In this document: positions 8,451 to 18,235 of the stretch, piece after piece | Position numbering within the stretch: position 1 is the stretch's first letter | Layout of the letters: the number at the start of each line of letters is the position of its first letter | Origin: a candidate division WOR-3 bacterium | Lineage (GTDB): Bacteria; Hydrothermota; Tepidihabitantia; SM23-42; JAOAFX01 | Length of the DNA: 64,000 nt | Assembly (NCBI GenBank): GCA_039802005.1 | Contig: JBDRVV010000004.1 | Location: 31,227 to 95,226, forward strand | Direction of reading: 5' to 3' | Translations under genes and position numbers: made by a program | The notes under the pieces: model-generated | What the model saw: the letters and a program-made list of their open reading frames with translations, nothing else | What the model was told of the DNA's origin: nothing | Database searches by the model: none

Positions 8451-10768
8451 TTTGTCTCCTTTGTTCTTAAAATTGCTTTGAAGTTAATAGTTACTTCATT
8501 TATTATTTTGTTTATAAATCTATCAACCTCTTCATCTGTAAGTGTTCTATCCGGTGCCTTAAAATAAAGTCGGAAACCAAGATTCTTTTTACCTTCAGGT
8601 AGATTTTTCCCCTTATAGTAGTCAAAAAGTATGACCTTTTCCAATACCGGTCCTGCAACACGAACAATAAAATTCTTTACCACCGGCACTTCTACGTTCT
8701 CATCAAAAAGGAATGCGAGGTCTCGGATATTCGCGGGGAACTTTGGAGGTGGATTATAGAATGGTTCACTAACAAGAGAGAGTATCCTGTCGATTGATAT
8801 CTCAAAATAATAAAATTCGCGCTCACAGATTTCTGAATCAATGGCACCCAAATAACCAAGTTCCCGATCAGAATGTACAATCTTGACCGACTGGTTGAAC
8901 CCTTTTATTTGATGGTGTTGAAATTCTATTTCTTTTATCCGCATTGCTTCAAAGATCGTCTCCACCACACCCTTGGCATCATAGTAATTCAGTTTCTGAT
9001 TGGTATTTTCCCAGAAATTAGGGTAGCGTTCACCACCCATTATCGCACCGAGCTTCCTTTCCTCAAATGGCTCGGCATTTAAAAGCACATTACCAACCTC
9101 AAAGAGTTTAAGTGAATAATTACCCTTTGAAAGATTGTAATGGACTGTATCAAGAAGACCCAGAAATAGAGTGGGTCTTAATGCATTGAACCGTTCATTC
9201 AACGGGTTCTTTAATTTCACAAACCCACTGTATCCAAGATTTTCAAGTCTTTCGCTGGATACAAGTGAGAGATTATAGGTTTCACTGAAACCCAGCCCTA
9301 TCATATAGGACTTCAGAAATTTTATAAAATTTCTACCCTTATCATATATTTTTGTAACTCCCCAACGTGCTGGTGGGACATCAGGTATATTCATATAACC
9401 ATAGATTCTTGCTACCTCTTCATAGATATCTTCTTCAATCTGGAGGTCATATCTATAATGGGGAATCTTTGCCCTCAACTGATTTTTGCCCGATACCTTT
9501 ATCTCACATTTATCAAGAAGGTTTTTTACCTCCTCGGATTTAAGATTTAAAGAAAGTATTGTATTAAGTCTACCAAGAGAAAATGAAACAATCTTTTGTC
9601 CTGCCTTCTTTCCTACGCTTACAAAATTTGTCTCTTTTGCCCCAGCAGAACTTTTGAACCCTTCACCGGTTATTCTTGAGACTTCATCAACCATTGATAA
9701 ATCCGCACCCCTTTCAAATCTGATTGAAGCTTCAGTCTGTATTCCAAGTTTTCTTCTTGTATGCGCTATTCTTCTCGGATTGAAATATGCACTCTCAAGC
9801 AAAATCCGTTTGGTTGCATTTGTAATTTGGGAAGACCTCGCCCCGATTATTCCAGCAAGGGCAATCGGTCCATTTTTATCAGCAATAACAAGGTCATTTT
9901 CATCAAGTTTAAAAATCGTCCCTTCAAGGGTCACAAATTGTTCATTTTTTTGTGCCTTCCTAATTATCACCGGCAATTTAAGCAAATCAAGATCAAAAGG
10001 ATGGAGTGGCTGACCATATAACAACATATTGATGTTCGTGATATCAACCACATTATTTATCGCATTCATACCCATACAATAAAGGCGCCATTTAATTGAG
10101 AATGGTGAATCTGAAACACGAACATCCTCAAAAATCCTTGCTGTATACCTTGGGCAACCATCAGTGTCAAGTATCTTTATCAGCGAATGGTCAGTATGGT
10201 TTATTTGCTCAAGATTTTTGTCTTTGAAACTAAATTTTATCCCGAGACCAATACTGAATTCCCTTGCCAGTCCAATCACCGATAAAAGGTCAGGACGATT
10301 TGTGCCCACCTTTATATCAAGCACAAGGTCATCAAAATATTCACTGAAATGTGCCCCTTCCTTCCCCTTATCCAAAACAATAACCCCTGTTGATTTTTCA
10401 GCGATACCAAGTTCTTCCTCACTGACCAGCATCCCATTTGATTTTACGCCATCAAAATCTCTTTCACCAACGACCTGGTCTTTGAACTTCTTTCCTGCCG
10501 CCACAACAAAAATGTAGTCATTTAATCTAACATTCGTTGCGGAAGTGACTATTTGCTGATGGGTTGTTGTTTTTATATCAAGAATATTCAAATTTTTAAG
10601 GGTGGGGTGGGGTATAATCTTCAAGATTTTGCCTATGACAATATCACCGGGACACAAATTCTGTTGTTCGCTTATTTCCAAACCAAGATTATTCGCCACT
10701 TTATTTAGCGATTTCAATTCTAATTTTGTATTGAGAATTTCCTCAAGCCATTTAACTGACACTAACAT
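8447..10768 (-). CDS. pheT: Phenylalanine--tRNA ligase beta subunit
   Basis: 773 aa, immediately downstream of pheS. It shows the tRNA-binding, B3/B4, B5 and FDX-ACB domain pattern. Confidence 0.9.
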   Translation of the reverse strand: MLVSVKWLEEILNTKLELKSLNKVANNLGLEISEQQNLCPGDIVIGKILKIIPHPTLKNLNILDIKTTTHQQIVTSATNVRLNDYIFVVAAGKKFKDQVVGERDFDGVKSNGMLVSEEELGIAEKSTGVIVLDKGKEGAHFSEYFDDLVLDIKVGTNRPDLLSVIGLAREFSIGLGIKFSFKDKNLEQINHTDHSLIKILDTDGCPRYTARIFEDVRVSDSPFSIKWRLYCMGMNAINNVVDITNINMLLYGQPLHPFDLDLLKLPVIIRKAQKNEQFVTLEGTIFKLDENDLVIADKNGPIALAGIIGARSSQITNATKRILLESAYFNPRRIAHTRRKLGIQTEASIRFERGADLSMVDEVSRITGEGFKSSAGAKETNFVSVGKKAGQKIVSFSLGRLNTILSLNLKSEEVKNLLDKCEIKVSGKNQLRAKIPHYRYDLQIEEDIYEEVARIYGYMNIPDVPPARWGVTKIYDKGRNFIKFLKSYMIGLGFSETYNLSLVSSERLENLGYSGFVKLKNPLNERFNALRPTLFLGLLDTVHYNLSKGNYSLKLFEVGNVLLNAEPFEERKLGAIMGGERYPNFWENTNQKLNYYDAKGVVETIFEAMRIKEIEFQHHQIKGFNQSVKIVHSDRELGYLGAIDSEICEREFYYFEISIDRILSLVSEPFYNPPPKFPANIRDLAFLFDENVEVPVVKNFIVRVAGPVLEKVILFDYYKGKNLPEGKKNLGFRLYFKAPDRTLTDEEVDRFINKIINEVTINFKAILRTKETN

Positions 10769-10779
10769 TACTACTCCTG

Positions 10780-11781
10780 TTAAAATTGTTCAAGAAATCT
10801 CATATCATTATTATAAAAAACCCTGATGTCATCAATTAGATATTTGATGATCGCCACGCGCTCAACACCCATACCCAGTGCATAACCGGAATATTCTTTC
10901 GGTGAGATTTTGACATTCTTTAAGACCTGAGGATGAACCATTCCGCATCCCAAGAGTTCAAGCCAGCCCGTATTCCCGCAGACCGGACAGCCTTCCCCCT
11001 GGCATACTGAGCAGCTTATCGCAAGTTCACCCGAAGGCTCGGTAAATGGAAAAAAGCTCGGCCGGAGCTCATATTTTGTCTTTGGACCAAAGATATGTTT
11101 CACAAATTCACCGAGCAACCATTTCAACTCACCAAATGAAACTCCTTTATCAACATAAAGCACCTCAACTTGATGAAATACCGGTGAGTGACTCGGGTCA
11201 AAAGGATCAAATCTGTAGCATCTTCCCGGACATATTATTTTTATTGGTGGTTTTATCTTCTCCATGACTCGGATTTGAACCGGCGATGTATGACTCCTTA
11301 AAAGTAATTCATCAGAAATATATAAACTTGAAAAATTATCCCGTGCCGGATGGTCTTGTGGTATATTCAACGCCTCAAAATTATACCAATCGTATTCAAT
11401 CTCAGGTCCTGATGCCACAACAAAACCGAGGTTTTCAAAGAAAGATTCAATTTCGTCCTGGATCAATGAAAGAGGATGTCTATGTCCTACATATCCCATT
11501 CTACCCGGCAACAATGGGTCAAACTTTGGTGTTTGAACCTTAGTAAATTGATTTTGTTTCTGATTTAAAACTTCTGTAAGTTGGGATTTTAAAAGATTTA
11601 TCTCGTTACCAAATCTTTTTCTCTCTTCCATTGGAAGATTCACGAGCTCTTTTATGAGTTCATTAAGAATGCCTTTTCTACCCAGAAAACGAATCCTGAA
11701 TGACTCAAGGGTCTTTGCATCTTTAATATTATTCAACTCGTTTTCAATCGTTGTTTTAACTTCACTAAGCTTCTTTTCCAT
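10780..11781 (-). CDS. pheS: Phenylalanine--tRNA ligase alpha subunit
   Basis: 333 aa with class II aaRS motifs (FRxE-like, GLGxERxxM: GMGVERVAII). Confidence 0.9.
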   Translation of the reverse strand: MEKKLSEVKTTIENELNNIKDAKTLESFRIRFLGRKGILNELIKELVNLPMEERKRFGNEINLLKSQLTEVLNQKQNQFTKVQTPKFDPLLPGRMGYVGHRHPLSLIQDEIESFFENLGFVVASGPEIEYDWYNFEALNIPQDHPARDNFSSLYISDELLLRSHTSPVQIRVMEKIKPPIKIICPGRCYRFDPFDPSHSPVFHQVEVLYVDKGVSFGELKWLLGEFVKHIFGPKTKYELRPSFFPFTEPSGELAISCSVCQGEGCPVCGNTGWLELLGCGMVHPQVLKNVKISPKEYSGYALGMGVERVAIIKYLIDDIRVFYNNDMRFLEQF

Positions 11782-11805
11782 ATTATAAATCTATGCCTTC
11801 ACCTG

Positions 11806-12159
11806 TTATTTCATTTTTTTACAAACTTCAATTAAAGAATTAAATTCTTCAGGATGTTCGTAGGCAAGCATTGCCAAAGTCTTGCGGTCAATATCTATAT
11901 TATTCTTCTTTAACGAGTTAATAAACTCGGAATACTTCAACCCCTGTTGTCTTAAAGCTGCATTTATCCTCGTTATCCATAATGCCCTGAAGACCCTTTT
12001 CTTTTTCTTTCTTTCTCTATAAGCAGAGAGCCACGCCTTCATCACCTGCAACCTTGCAGTTTTGTAAAGGCGGTGTTTTCCACCCCAATAACCACGGGCT
12101 GCCTTCAACCATTTCTTTCTGCGCTTTCGCGTATAAGGTCCGGTTTTTACTCTTGGCAT
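11806..12159 (-). CDS. rplT: 50S ribosomal protein L20
   Basis: 117 aa, basic, starting MPRVKTG...RKRRKK...A. It sits in the infC-rpmI-rplT cluster. Confidence 0.9.
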   Translation of the reverse strand: MPRVKTGPYTRKRRKKWLKAARGYWGGKHRLYKTARLQVMKAWLSAYRERKKKKRVFRALWITRINAALRQQGLKYSEFINSLKKNNIDIDRKTLAMLAYEHPEEFNSLIEVCKKMK

Positions 12160-12284
12160 TTCGTCTTCTCCTTTCTTTTAATATTAAAATGGAGAGCCTG
12201 AAATCTTTAGAATTCAGACTTTACCAGATATTATAACCAAATTAAAATTTCTGTCAAGTGCCGAGTGATTAAAAACGGCACTAA

Positions 12285-12473
12285 TTATTTAAAATCTTTA
12301 AATTTCTTTAAATCTGCCTTAGATACAGGGGTCAATTTTGAAAGCCTTCTTTTCCTTTTCCGCGTTTTTCCGGTAAGAAGGTGCCTTTTCCCTGATTTCC
12401 AACGTAAAATTTTACCGCTTTTTTTAATCTTTACCCTTTTTAACCAACCCCTTTTTGATTTAAGTTTACTCAT
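12285..12473 (-). CDS. rpmI: 50S ribosomal protein L35
   Basis: 62 aa, very basic, with the MSKLKSKRG..KRVK signature. Confidence 0.85.
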   Translation of the reverse strand: MSKLKSKRGWLKRVKIKKSGKILRWKSGKRHLLTGKTRKRKRRLSKLTPVSKADLKKFKDFK

Positions 12474-12993
12474 TACCTGTTCTCCTTTTTTGAGGAATCA
12501 GCGTCACAATTATCACCTGTTCTTCTTGTTTGGGTGGTGATTCTTCACGGGCTATGTCCTTCAAATCATTTACCACCCTTTCAACAAGATTCATACCCAG
12601 GTGCGAATGGAGCAATTCCCTTCCCCTTAATCTCAATTTTACCTTTACCCTATCACCTTTTTCCAGAAATTCTTTGATTTTATTCAACTTCACCTGATAG
12701 TCATGTTCGGATATCTTCATTGATAATCTCATCTCACGAACCTGGGTCTGGTGTTGATGTTTTTTTGATTCTCTTTCCTGCCTTTTCTTTTCATAGACAT
12801 ATTTACCAAAATCCATCAGACGGCAAACCGGTGGTTGGGCATCTGGAGAAACCTCAACCAGGTCAAAGCCCCTTTCTCGGGCAATGCGCAGGGCAATTGC
12901 AATATCAAAAATGCCCATATATTGGCGGTTCTCATCCACCAGTTTTACCTTTTCTGCCTTTATTTCATTATTAACCTTTGGTAGATTTTTAAT
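12466..12993 (-). CDS. infC: Translation initiation factor IF-3; probable AUU start codon
   Basis: The IF-3 core is present (NNEIKAEKVKLVDENRQYMGI...VCRLMDFGKYVYEKKR). The ORF track extends to a GTG at 13017 that overlaps thrS by 29 nt. However a perfect AAGGAGGAG Shine-Dalgarno followed 5 nt later by ATT (12991-12993) overlaps the thrS stop by one nt and gives the canonical IF-3 N-terminus (M)KNLPKVNNEIKAEKV. Confidence 0.85.
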   Translation of the reverse strand: MKNLPKVNNEIKAEKVKLVDENRQYMGIFDIAIALRIARERGFDLVEVSPDAQPPVCRLMDFGKYVYEKKRQERESKKHQHQTQVREMRLSMKISEHDYQVKLNKIKEFLEKGDRVKVKLRLRGRELLHSHLGMNLVERVVNDLKDIAREESPPKQEEQVIIVTLIPQKRRTGNE

Positions 12994-14887
12994 CTTCTCC
13001 TCCTTGTTCTGAATCACATAAATTAAAAAAATCTTTTAATTTCATTTCACCAAGGTCTCCGCGACCTCTTTTTCTAACTGAAATGGTCTTCTTCTCAGCT
13101 TCTCTTTGACCGATGACAAGAATATATGGAATCTTTTTGACCTCTGCCTCTCTTATACGATAATTTATCTTCATAGACTTGCTGTTAAATTCGGTTCTAA
13201 GCCCGTGTTTCAAACACCGCTGATACACATCTTTTGCGTAAGTTGATTCTTTATCCGTTATCGGCATCACAACGACCTGGACCGGTGCAAGCCATAGCGG
13301 GAATGCACCGGCATAATGTTCAATCAATGTTCCAATAAATCTTTCAAGAGAACCATATAATGCCCTGTGTATCACAACAACTTCTTTATGCTGACCTTTT
13401 GCATCCATATATTCAATGTTAAACCTTTTCGGTAGGTTGAAATCAAACTGAACCGTGGTAGCCTGCCAGGCACGCCCAATTGCATCAAGGATGTTGATAT
13501 CAATCTTTGGGCCATAGAACACCGCCTCACCAATCTGGACCTTATATTGAAGATTTACCTTCTTCAACGCTGAGATAAGTCCATTCTCTGCCCTCTCCCA
13601 TTCTTCATCTGAACCCATAAATTTCTCTTTATTCTTAGGGTCGCGCACCGAAAGATTCACCTGGAAATCCTCAAAACCAAATTTTTTGAATATCGTAAGG
13701 GTCAATTGCAGAATTTTTACAACTTCCTCTTCAATCTGGTCGGGGCGGCAAAAAATATGAGCATCATCTTGAGTAAATCCTCTTACCCTTAAAAGTCCAT
13801 GTAGTGTCCCTGACAGTTCATTTCTATAAACCGTAGCAAGTTCCGCATATTTTATTGGTAATTCCTTATAACTCCTGACCTTTGATTTATAAATTAATAT
13901 ATGGCCGGGGCAGTTCATAGGTTTAAGCACATATTCCTCATTCTCAACCGGTAAAGTGAACATTTTATCACGGTAATATTCATAGTGTCCTGATATATGC
14001 CAGAGATTGCTCCGGGCAATATGCGGGGTCATTATCAATTCATAACCGTTCTTTAAATGCTGTTTTATCCAGTATTCTTCAATCAATTTTCTTATAATAG
14101 TCCCTTTGGGATGCCAGAACACAAGCCCTGCACCTGCCTCTTCAAATATTGAAAAGAGTTCAAGTTCAGTTCCTAATTTTCTGTGGTCTCTTTTCTGTGC
14201 CTCTTCAAGTTTTCTCAGATAACTCTTCAACTGTTCCTGGGAAGTGAATGAAATACCGTATATTCTTGAAAGCATTGGCAAACGAGAATCACCCCGCCAG
14301 TATGCACCGGCAACGCTCAGGAGTTTAAAAGCCTTTACCAATCCGGTTCTCGGAATATGCGGACCCCGGCAGAGATCAACAAACTCTCCATTACGATACA
14401 AGCTTATTTCTTTATCAGGAATTTCTCTAACAAGTTCAACCTTATAATTTTCGTTGCGCCTCGTGAAAAATTCAATCACTGCTTCCTTAGTCATCACAAT
14501 CCGTTCAAATGGAATATTTTCTTTTATGATTTCTGTCATTTTATCTTCAATCTTTGCAAGCTCTTCATTCGTGAAAGGAGTCGCGCGGTCAAAATCATAA
14601 TAAAACCCCTGGTCAATTGCAGGACCTATCGCAAGTTTCGTATCTGGCCACAATGATTTAACTGCCATTGCCATTATGTGAGAAGTTGAATGCCAGAATA
14701 TCTGCTGACCATCGGGTTCACTAAAACTGACTGGCTCAATTTCACAGTTTTGGTCAATTACAGTACTTAAATCCTTCAATTCACCATTAATGCGTACCGC
14801 AATACAATCATCATCCTTTATCAATTCCGACGCCTTAATACCTGGCTCAACTTCCATTATACTATTATTCAATTTGACTTTTAACAT
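12989..14887 (-). CDS. thrS: Threonine--tRNA ligase
   Basis: 632 aa with a TGS N-terminal domain, class II motifs and HRALYGSLERF near the C-terminus. It sits in the classic thrS-infC-rpmI-rplT context. Confidence 0.9.
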   Translation of the reverse strand: MLKVKLNNSIMEVEPGIKASELIKDDDCIAVRINGELKDLSTVIDQNCEIEPVSFSEPDGQQIFWHSTSHIMAMAVKSLWPDTKLAIGPAIDQGFYYDFDRATPFTNEELAKIEDKMTEIIKENIPFERIVMTKEAVIEFFTRRNENYKVELVREIPDKEISLYRNGEFVDLCRGPHIPRTGLVKAFKLLSVAGAYWRGDSRLPMLSRIYGISFTSQEQLKSYLRKLEEAQKRDHRKLGTELELFSIFEEAGAGLVFWHPKGTIIRKLIEEYWIKQHLKNGYELIMTPHIARSNLWHISGHYEYYRDKMFTLPVENEEYVLKPMNCPGHILIYKSKVRSYKELPIKYAELATVYRNELSGTLHGLLRVRGFTQDDAHIFCRPDQIEEEVVKILQLTLTIFKKFGFEDFQVNLSVRDPKNKEKFMGSDEEWERAENGLISALKKVNLQYKVQIGEAVFYGPKIDINILDAIGRAWQATTVQFDFNLPKRFNIEYMDAKGQHKEVVVIHRALYGSLERFIGTLIEHYAGAFPLWLAPVQVVVMPITDKESTYAKDVYQRCLKHGLRTEFNSKSMKINYRIREAEVKKIPYILVIGQREAEKKTISVRKRGRGDLGEMKLKDFFNLCDSEQGGED

Positions 14888-15017
14888 CGCTCAATTATAA
14901 AGCATTTTTTAATTTTGTCAATGGGCTCAAACACTATTTCTTATTGAATCTTCTAAAAATGGACAATTATTCAACATTTTTCAGCCCGTATTTTAAATGT
15001 TGATTTTTAAAAATATT

Positions 15018-16088
15018 TTATGAGGTAAATAGTCTTTTATGCCCCTCAACTATGCGTTGTTCAAAGGGTGACTCACGAATGACCCTTAATTCTTTTTTTG
15101 CATTATAAACAATCTCCTCCGCCCTATTATTCTTACCATATATATATTCATACGCACGGGCACCAGCAATCTTCCCTTCAAGCATCGCAGTTGAAGCCTC
15201 TTCTATTGAGGCGAGGTCACCAGCGACAAAAATATGCGGCCTTGATGTCTGGAGGTCCTCATTATAATATGGAACATTACCCCCCAGATCAGGTACATAT
15301 CTTATATCACAGCCTGCTTGATATAATAGTTCACATAGAGGAGATAAACCAACCGCAATCAAAATCATATCACAATCAATGATTTGCTCTTTCCCCCCAA
15401 TACATTCAAATTTATCATTGACTTCGGTAATAACTGCCGATTCTACACAATCCTTTCCCCTTGCCTCAATAATCGTATGTTTCAGTAATATAGGCACACC
15501 TGCCCTTTTTATCTTCGCAGCATGAACATAGTAACCACCGATTTTAGGCAAAATTTCAATTATCGCAGCCACCTCAACACCTGCCTGCAGGAGTTGGTAA
15601 GGAACAATCAAACCGATATTACCCGAGCCAACGACCAATGCCCTTTTGCCGGGAACAACACCGTAAACATTCATCATGGTCTGAACTGCTCCGGCACCAT
15701 ATACTCCAGGCAGGTCGGCATTTTCAAAGGCAAGCATATTCTCACTCGCACCAGTTGCAAAAACATAGCTCTTTGCCTTCACCTGAAGCAATTCATCATT
15801 TTTCAAAACTCCCAATGAATCATCGTCATAATATCCAATCACAGTAGCATTTAACATTACATCAATACCTAATTGATAAACATGTTCACTAAGAATTTTT
15901 GCAATATCAATTCCCCTGACGCCGCAATAATGTTCTTTTGAACCGAAGAACTTATGGGTTTGTTTTATTAACTGACCCCCGAGGACGGGATTGTCATCTA
16001 TTATTAATACTGATGCACCAAGTTCTTTTGCAATAATCCCTGCATTCAGACCAGCAGGACCACCGCCTATTACGCAAATATCAACCAT
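15018..16088 (-). CDS. FAD/NAD(P)-binding oxidoreductase, pyridine nucleotide-disulfide family (HcnB/SoxA/OoxA-like subunit)
   Basis: 356 aa with two GxGxxG folds (VIGGGPAGLNAG and LVVGSGNIGL). It overlaps by 8 nt the upstream 2Fe-2S protein gene. Confidence 0.65.
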   Translation of the reverse strand: MVDICVIGGGPAGLNAGIIAKELGASVLIIDDNPVLGGQLIKQTHKFFGSKEHYCGVRGIDIAKILSEHVYQLGIDVMLNATVIGYYDDDSLGVLKNDELLQVKAKSYVFATGASENMLAFENADLPGVYGAGAVQTMMNVYGVVPGKRALVVGSGNIGLIVPYQLLQAGVEVAAIIEILPKIGGYYVHAAKIKRAGVPILLKHTIIEARGKDCVESAVITEVNDKFECIGGKEQIIDCDMILIAVGLSPLCELLYQAGCDIRYVPDLGGNVPYYNEDLQTSRPHIFVAGDLASIEEASTAMLEGKIAGARAYEYIYGKNNRAEEIVYNAKKELRVIRESPFEQRIVEGHKRLFTS

Positions 16089-16395
16089 CCAGCCGTCCCT
16101 TTCCTTTTTGCCTTCTCACCCGCATTCCTTCTTTTAAAGGTTCCATACACACCATTACATTTGCTCTGCCATCAACTTCCATAAGACAAGAAGAACATTT
16201 GCCGACTGCACAGAAGAATCCCCTGGGTCTGTTGTATTTCTCTGAGTATCTCAAAATTCTTATTCCTGCAGCGTGGAGCGCAGCTGCAATCGGGAGTCCC
16301 TCATATCCTTCAAGTTCTTTGTCTTCAAAATAAAATTTTACTCTTCTACCCCTTTTGAATTGTAATATCGGATGTTCAGTTATATATCCTTCCAT
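16081..16395 (-). CDS. (2Fe-2S)-binding protein (HcnA / SoxA N-terminal-domain-like)
   Basis: 104 aa with a cysteine cluster CAVGKCSSC...C as in the small subunits of HcnABC, opine oxidase and sarcosine oxidase-like complexes. Confidence 0.6.
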   Translation of the reverse strand: MEGYITEHPILQFKRGRRVKFYFEDKELEGYEGLPIAAALHAAGIRILRYSEKYNRPRGFFCAVGKCSSCLMEVDGRANVMVCMEPLKEGMRVRRQKGKGRLDG

Positions 16396-16397
16396 TA

Positions 16398-17162
16398 TTA
16401 TTTAAAATAATTCACTGCATTTTCAAAAATTTTAAACCCATCGCCCTTTTCGTTGAGTTTCTTTCTTGTATGGAGTGGGTGTTGTAAATAAGAAATATGA
16501 CGCTCAGGATGGGGCATTAATCCAAGTATCCTACCGGTCTTATCAGCAATGCCTGCAATATTCATAACTGAACCATTGGGATTATATGGATAGCCACCGA
16601 GTCTTCCTTTTTCATCTACATATTGGAATACAATCTGTTCTTCGATTTTCTTTAGAATTTGCCTGTTTTTTACAACAAATTTACCTTCGGCATGGGCAAC
16701 AGGTAATGAAATTATCTTATTTATGCCTCGTGTGAATACCGAACGCTCCGGGTAAACTTTCAAGTCTACCCAACGGTCCTCAAACCTTTCAGAATCATTG
16801 GTAATCAAACTAACTGTCTGTTCAATGAAATAACCATCAAAACCGGGTAGTATACCTGCCTTTACAAGCACCTGGAAGCCGTTACATATACCTAAAATTA
16901 GATTGCCTTTTTCAATAAACTTTAAGATTTTGTCTTTGAGTTTATATTTTATCTCATTTGCCAGAATCTTTCCAGCACTTATATCATCCCCATAGGTAAA
17001 GCCGCCAGGGAATACAAGGATTTTGTAATTCAAAAGATTTTTGTTTTTTATCTCATCTATATAAACGCGTTCTGCATGCGCACCCGCAAGTTCAAATGCA
17101 TAGACCGTCTCAAGGTCGCAATTTGTTCCTGCTGCGCGAACAACAAGGGTTCTAATCTTCAT
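16398..17162 (-). CDS. purQ: Phosphoribosylformylglycinamidine synthase subunit PurQ (class I glutamine amidotransferase)
   Basis: 254 aa with GTNCD, PGGFTYGDD, the catalytic cysteine in GICNGFQVL and the C-terminal NPNGS..NIAGI...MPHPER motif. Confidence 0.8.
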   Translation of the reverse strand: MKIRTLVVRAAGTNCDLETVYAFELAGAHAERVYIDEIKNKNLLNYKILVFPGGFTYGDDISAGKILANEIKYKLKDKILKFIEKGNLILGICNGFQVLVKAGILPGFDGYFIEQTVSLITNDSERFEDRWVDLKVYPERSVFTRGINKIISLPVAHAEGKFVVKNRQILKKIEEQIVFQYVDEKGRLGGYPYNPNGSVMNIAGIADKTGRILGLMPHPERHISYLQHPLHTRKKLNEKGDGFKIFENAVNYFK

Positions 17163-17359
17163 TCTTTTAAAGAAACATAAATAGTTCTTCTTTCCCGTCT
17201 GAATTTTATTTTGTCTTCACGCGCCAGCCATCCGAGCCCCATATAAAACATATTTATCGGCAAACCCGACTTTCTCATCAATCTTGTTATTACCATTTCT
17301 CCTTCTTCTTTGAGTTTCTTCCATATATTGCCCGCAGCAAAACCGATATCAGAAATCAT
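17159..17359 (-). CDS. Small winged-helix-like protein of unknown function
   Basis: 66 aa. It overlaps purQ by 4 nt (ATGA). It is not PurS. The motif MGLGWLAREDKI looks like a wHTH recognition region. Confidence 0.3.
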   Translation of the reverse strand: MISDIGFAAGNIWKKLKEEGEMVITRLMRKSGLPINMFYMGLGWLAREDKIKFRRERRTIYVSLKE

Positions 17360-17413
17360 AGTTCCTCCTGTTTTATAAAATTATTGGAAATTTTTAAATC
17401 TTTGTTTTGAATA

Positions 17414-18235
17414 TTAAAGATTAATTTCAGTGCCGGTGCATGCCGCATCAATATCATATCCCGGGAATTTTTTTCTTGTCTGTTCCAGTACATTATTGAT
17501 AAAATCATCACTGCTTGATGGGTCATGATGGGTAAATAATACTCTTTTAACTCTACAATCCTTTGCTAATTGCATCACCTGATTGAATGTAGAATGTCCC
17601 CAACCAATCTTGGTATGATAGTTTTCATCAACATACTGGGCGTCGTGTATTAATACATCAGCACCTTTTACAAATTTTATAAATTTTTTATAAGGAGTGC
17701 GCGGATTTGGTGAATTTAATTCATTATCAGTAAGAAATACTACACTCTTATTATTTTCAGTAAGTTTTAAACCGAATGTATAATTAGGATGATTGTTCTG
17801 GATTACCTGTATCGTCATTTTTCCAATTCTAAACTTAGGCTTCGTTTTCTTAAACGTAAATTTTGCAGGTAAATCTGTCAGTTTTATAGTTGGAAAGAAT
17901 GGAATATGCATTTGATAAGAAAGTGCTTTCTTTGCTGCAACCTCATTCTCTGGTCCATATATACTTATAGTCGTATTCTTTGAATATGCCGGTGCAAAGA
18001 ATGGGAACCCCTGGATATGGTCCCAGTGATAATGGGTAAAAATCAAATGCAGGTCGCTTTTTTTATTCTGTATTAAATATACACCAAGTTCTCTGATTCC
18101 GCTACCCGCATCTATAATTACTGACTCGCCGTTGTTCGTCTCTACATAAACGCAGGTCGTATTGCCCCCGTATTTTATTGTATTCTTACCCGAGACCGGG
18201 ATTGAACCCCGGGTTCCATAAAATTTTATAAACAT
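17414..18235 (-). CDS. MBL-fold metallo-hydrolase
   Basis: 273 aa with the HxHxDH motif (THYHWDHIQG). Confidence 0.75.
   Translation of the reverse strand: MFIKFYGTRGSIPVSGKNTIKYGGNTTCVYVETNNGESVIIDAGSGIRELGVYLIQNKKSDLHLIFTHYHWDHIQGFPFFAPAYSKNTTISIYGPENEVAAKKALSYQMHIPFFPTIKLTDLPAKFTFKKTKPKFRIGKMTIQVIQNNHPNYTFGLKLTENNKSVVFLTDNELNSPNPRTPYKKFIKFVKGADVLIHDAQYVDENYHTKIGWGHSTFNQVMQLAKDCRVKRVLFTHHDPSSSDDFINNVLEQTRKKFPGYDIDAACTGTEINL

Noticed and set aside
12054-12540. Plus-strand ORFs 12054-12236 and 12265-12540 near the ribosomal protein genes
   Set aside because: They are antisense to rplT and rpmI or lie in the intergenic region, and their translations are low-complexity.
14888-15017. T-box or thrS leader regulatory RNA upstream of thrS
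   Set aside because: The gap is only about 130 nt. It is AT-rich without the conserved T-box or specifier architecture, so it is too short for a T-box riboswitch.
17159-17359. PurS (the usual small partner of PurQ)
   Set aside because: The 66-aa protein overlapping purQ has no resemblance to PurS. It looks like a winged-helix DNA-binding domain, so I called it hypothetical.
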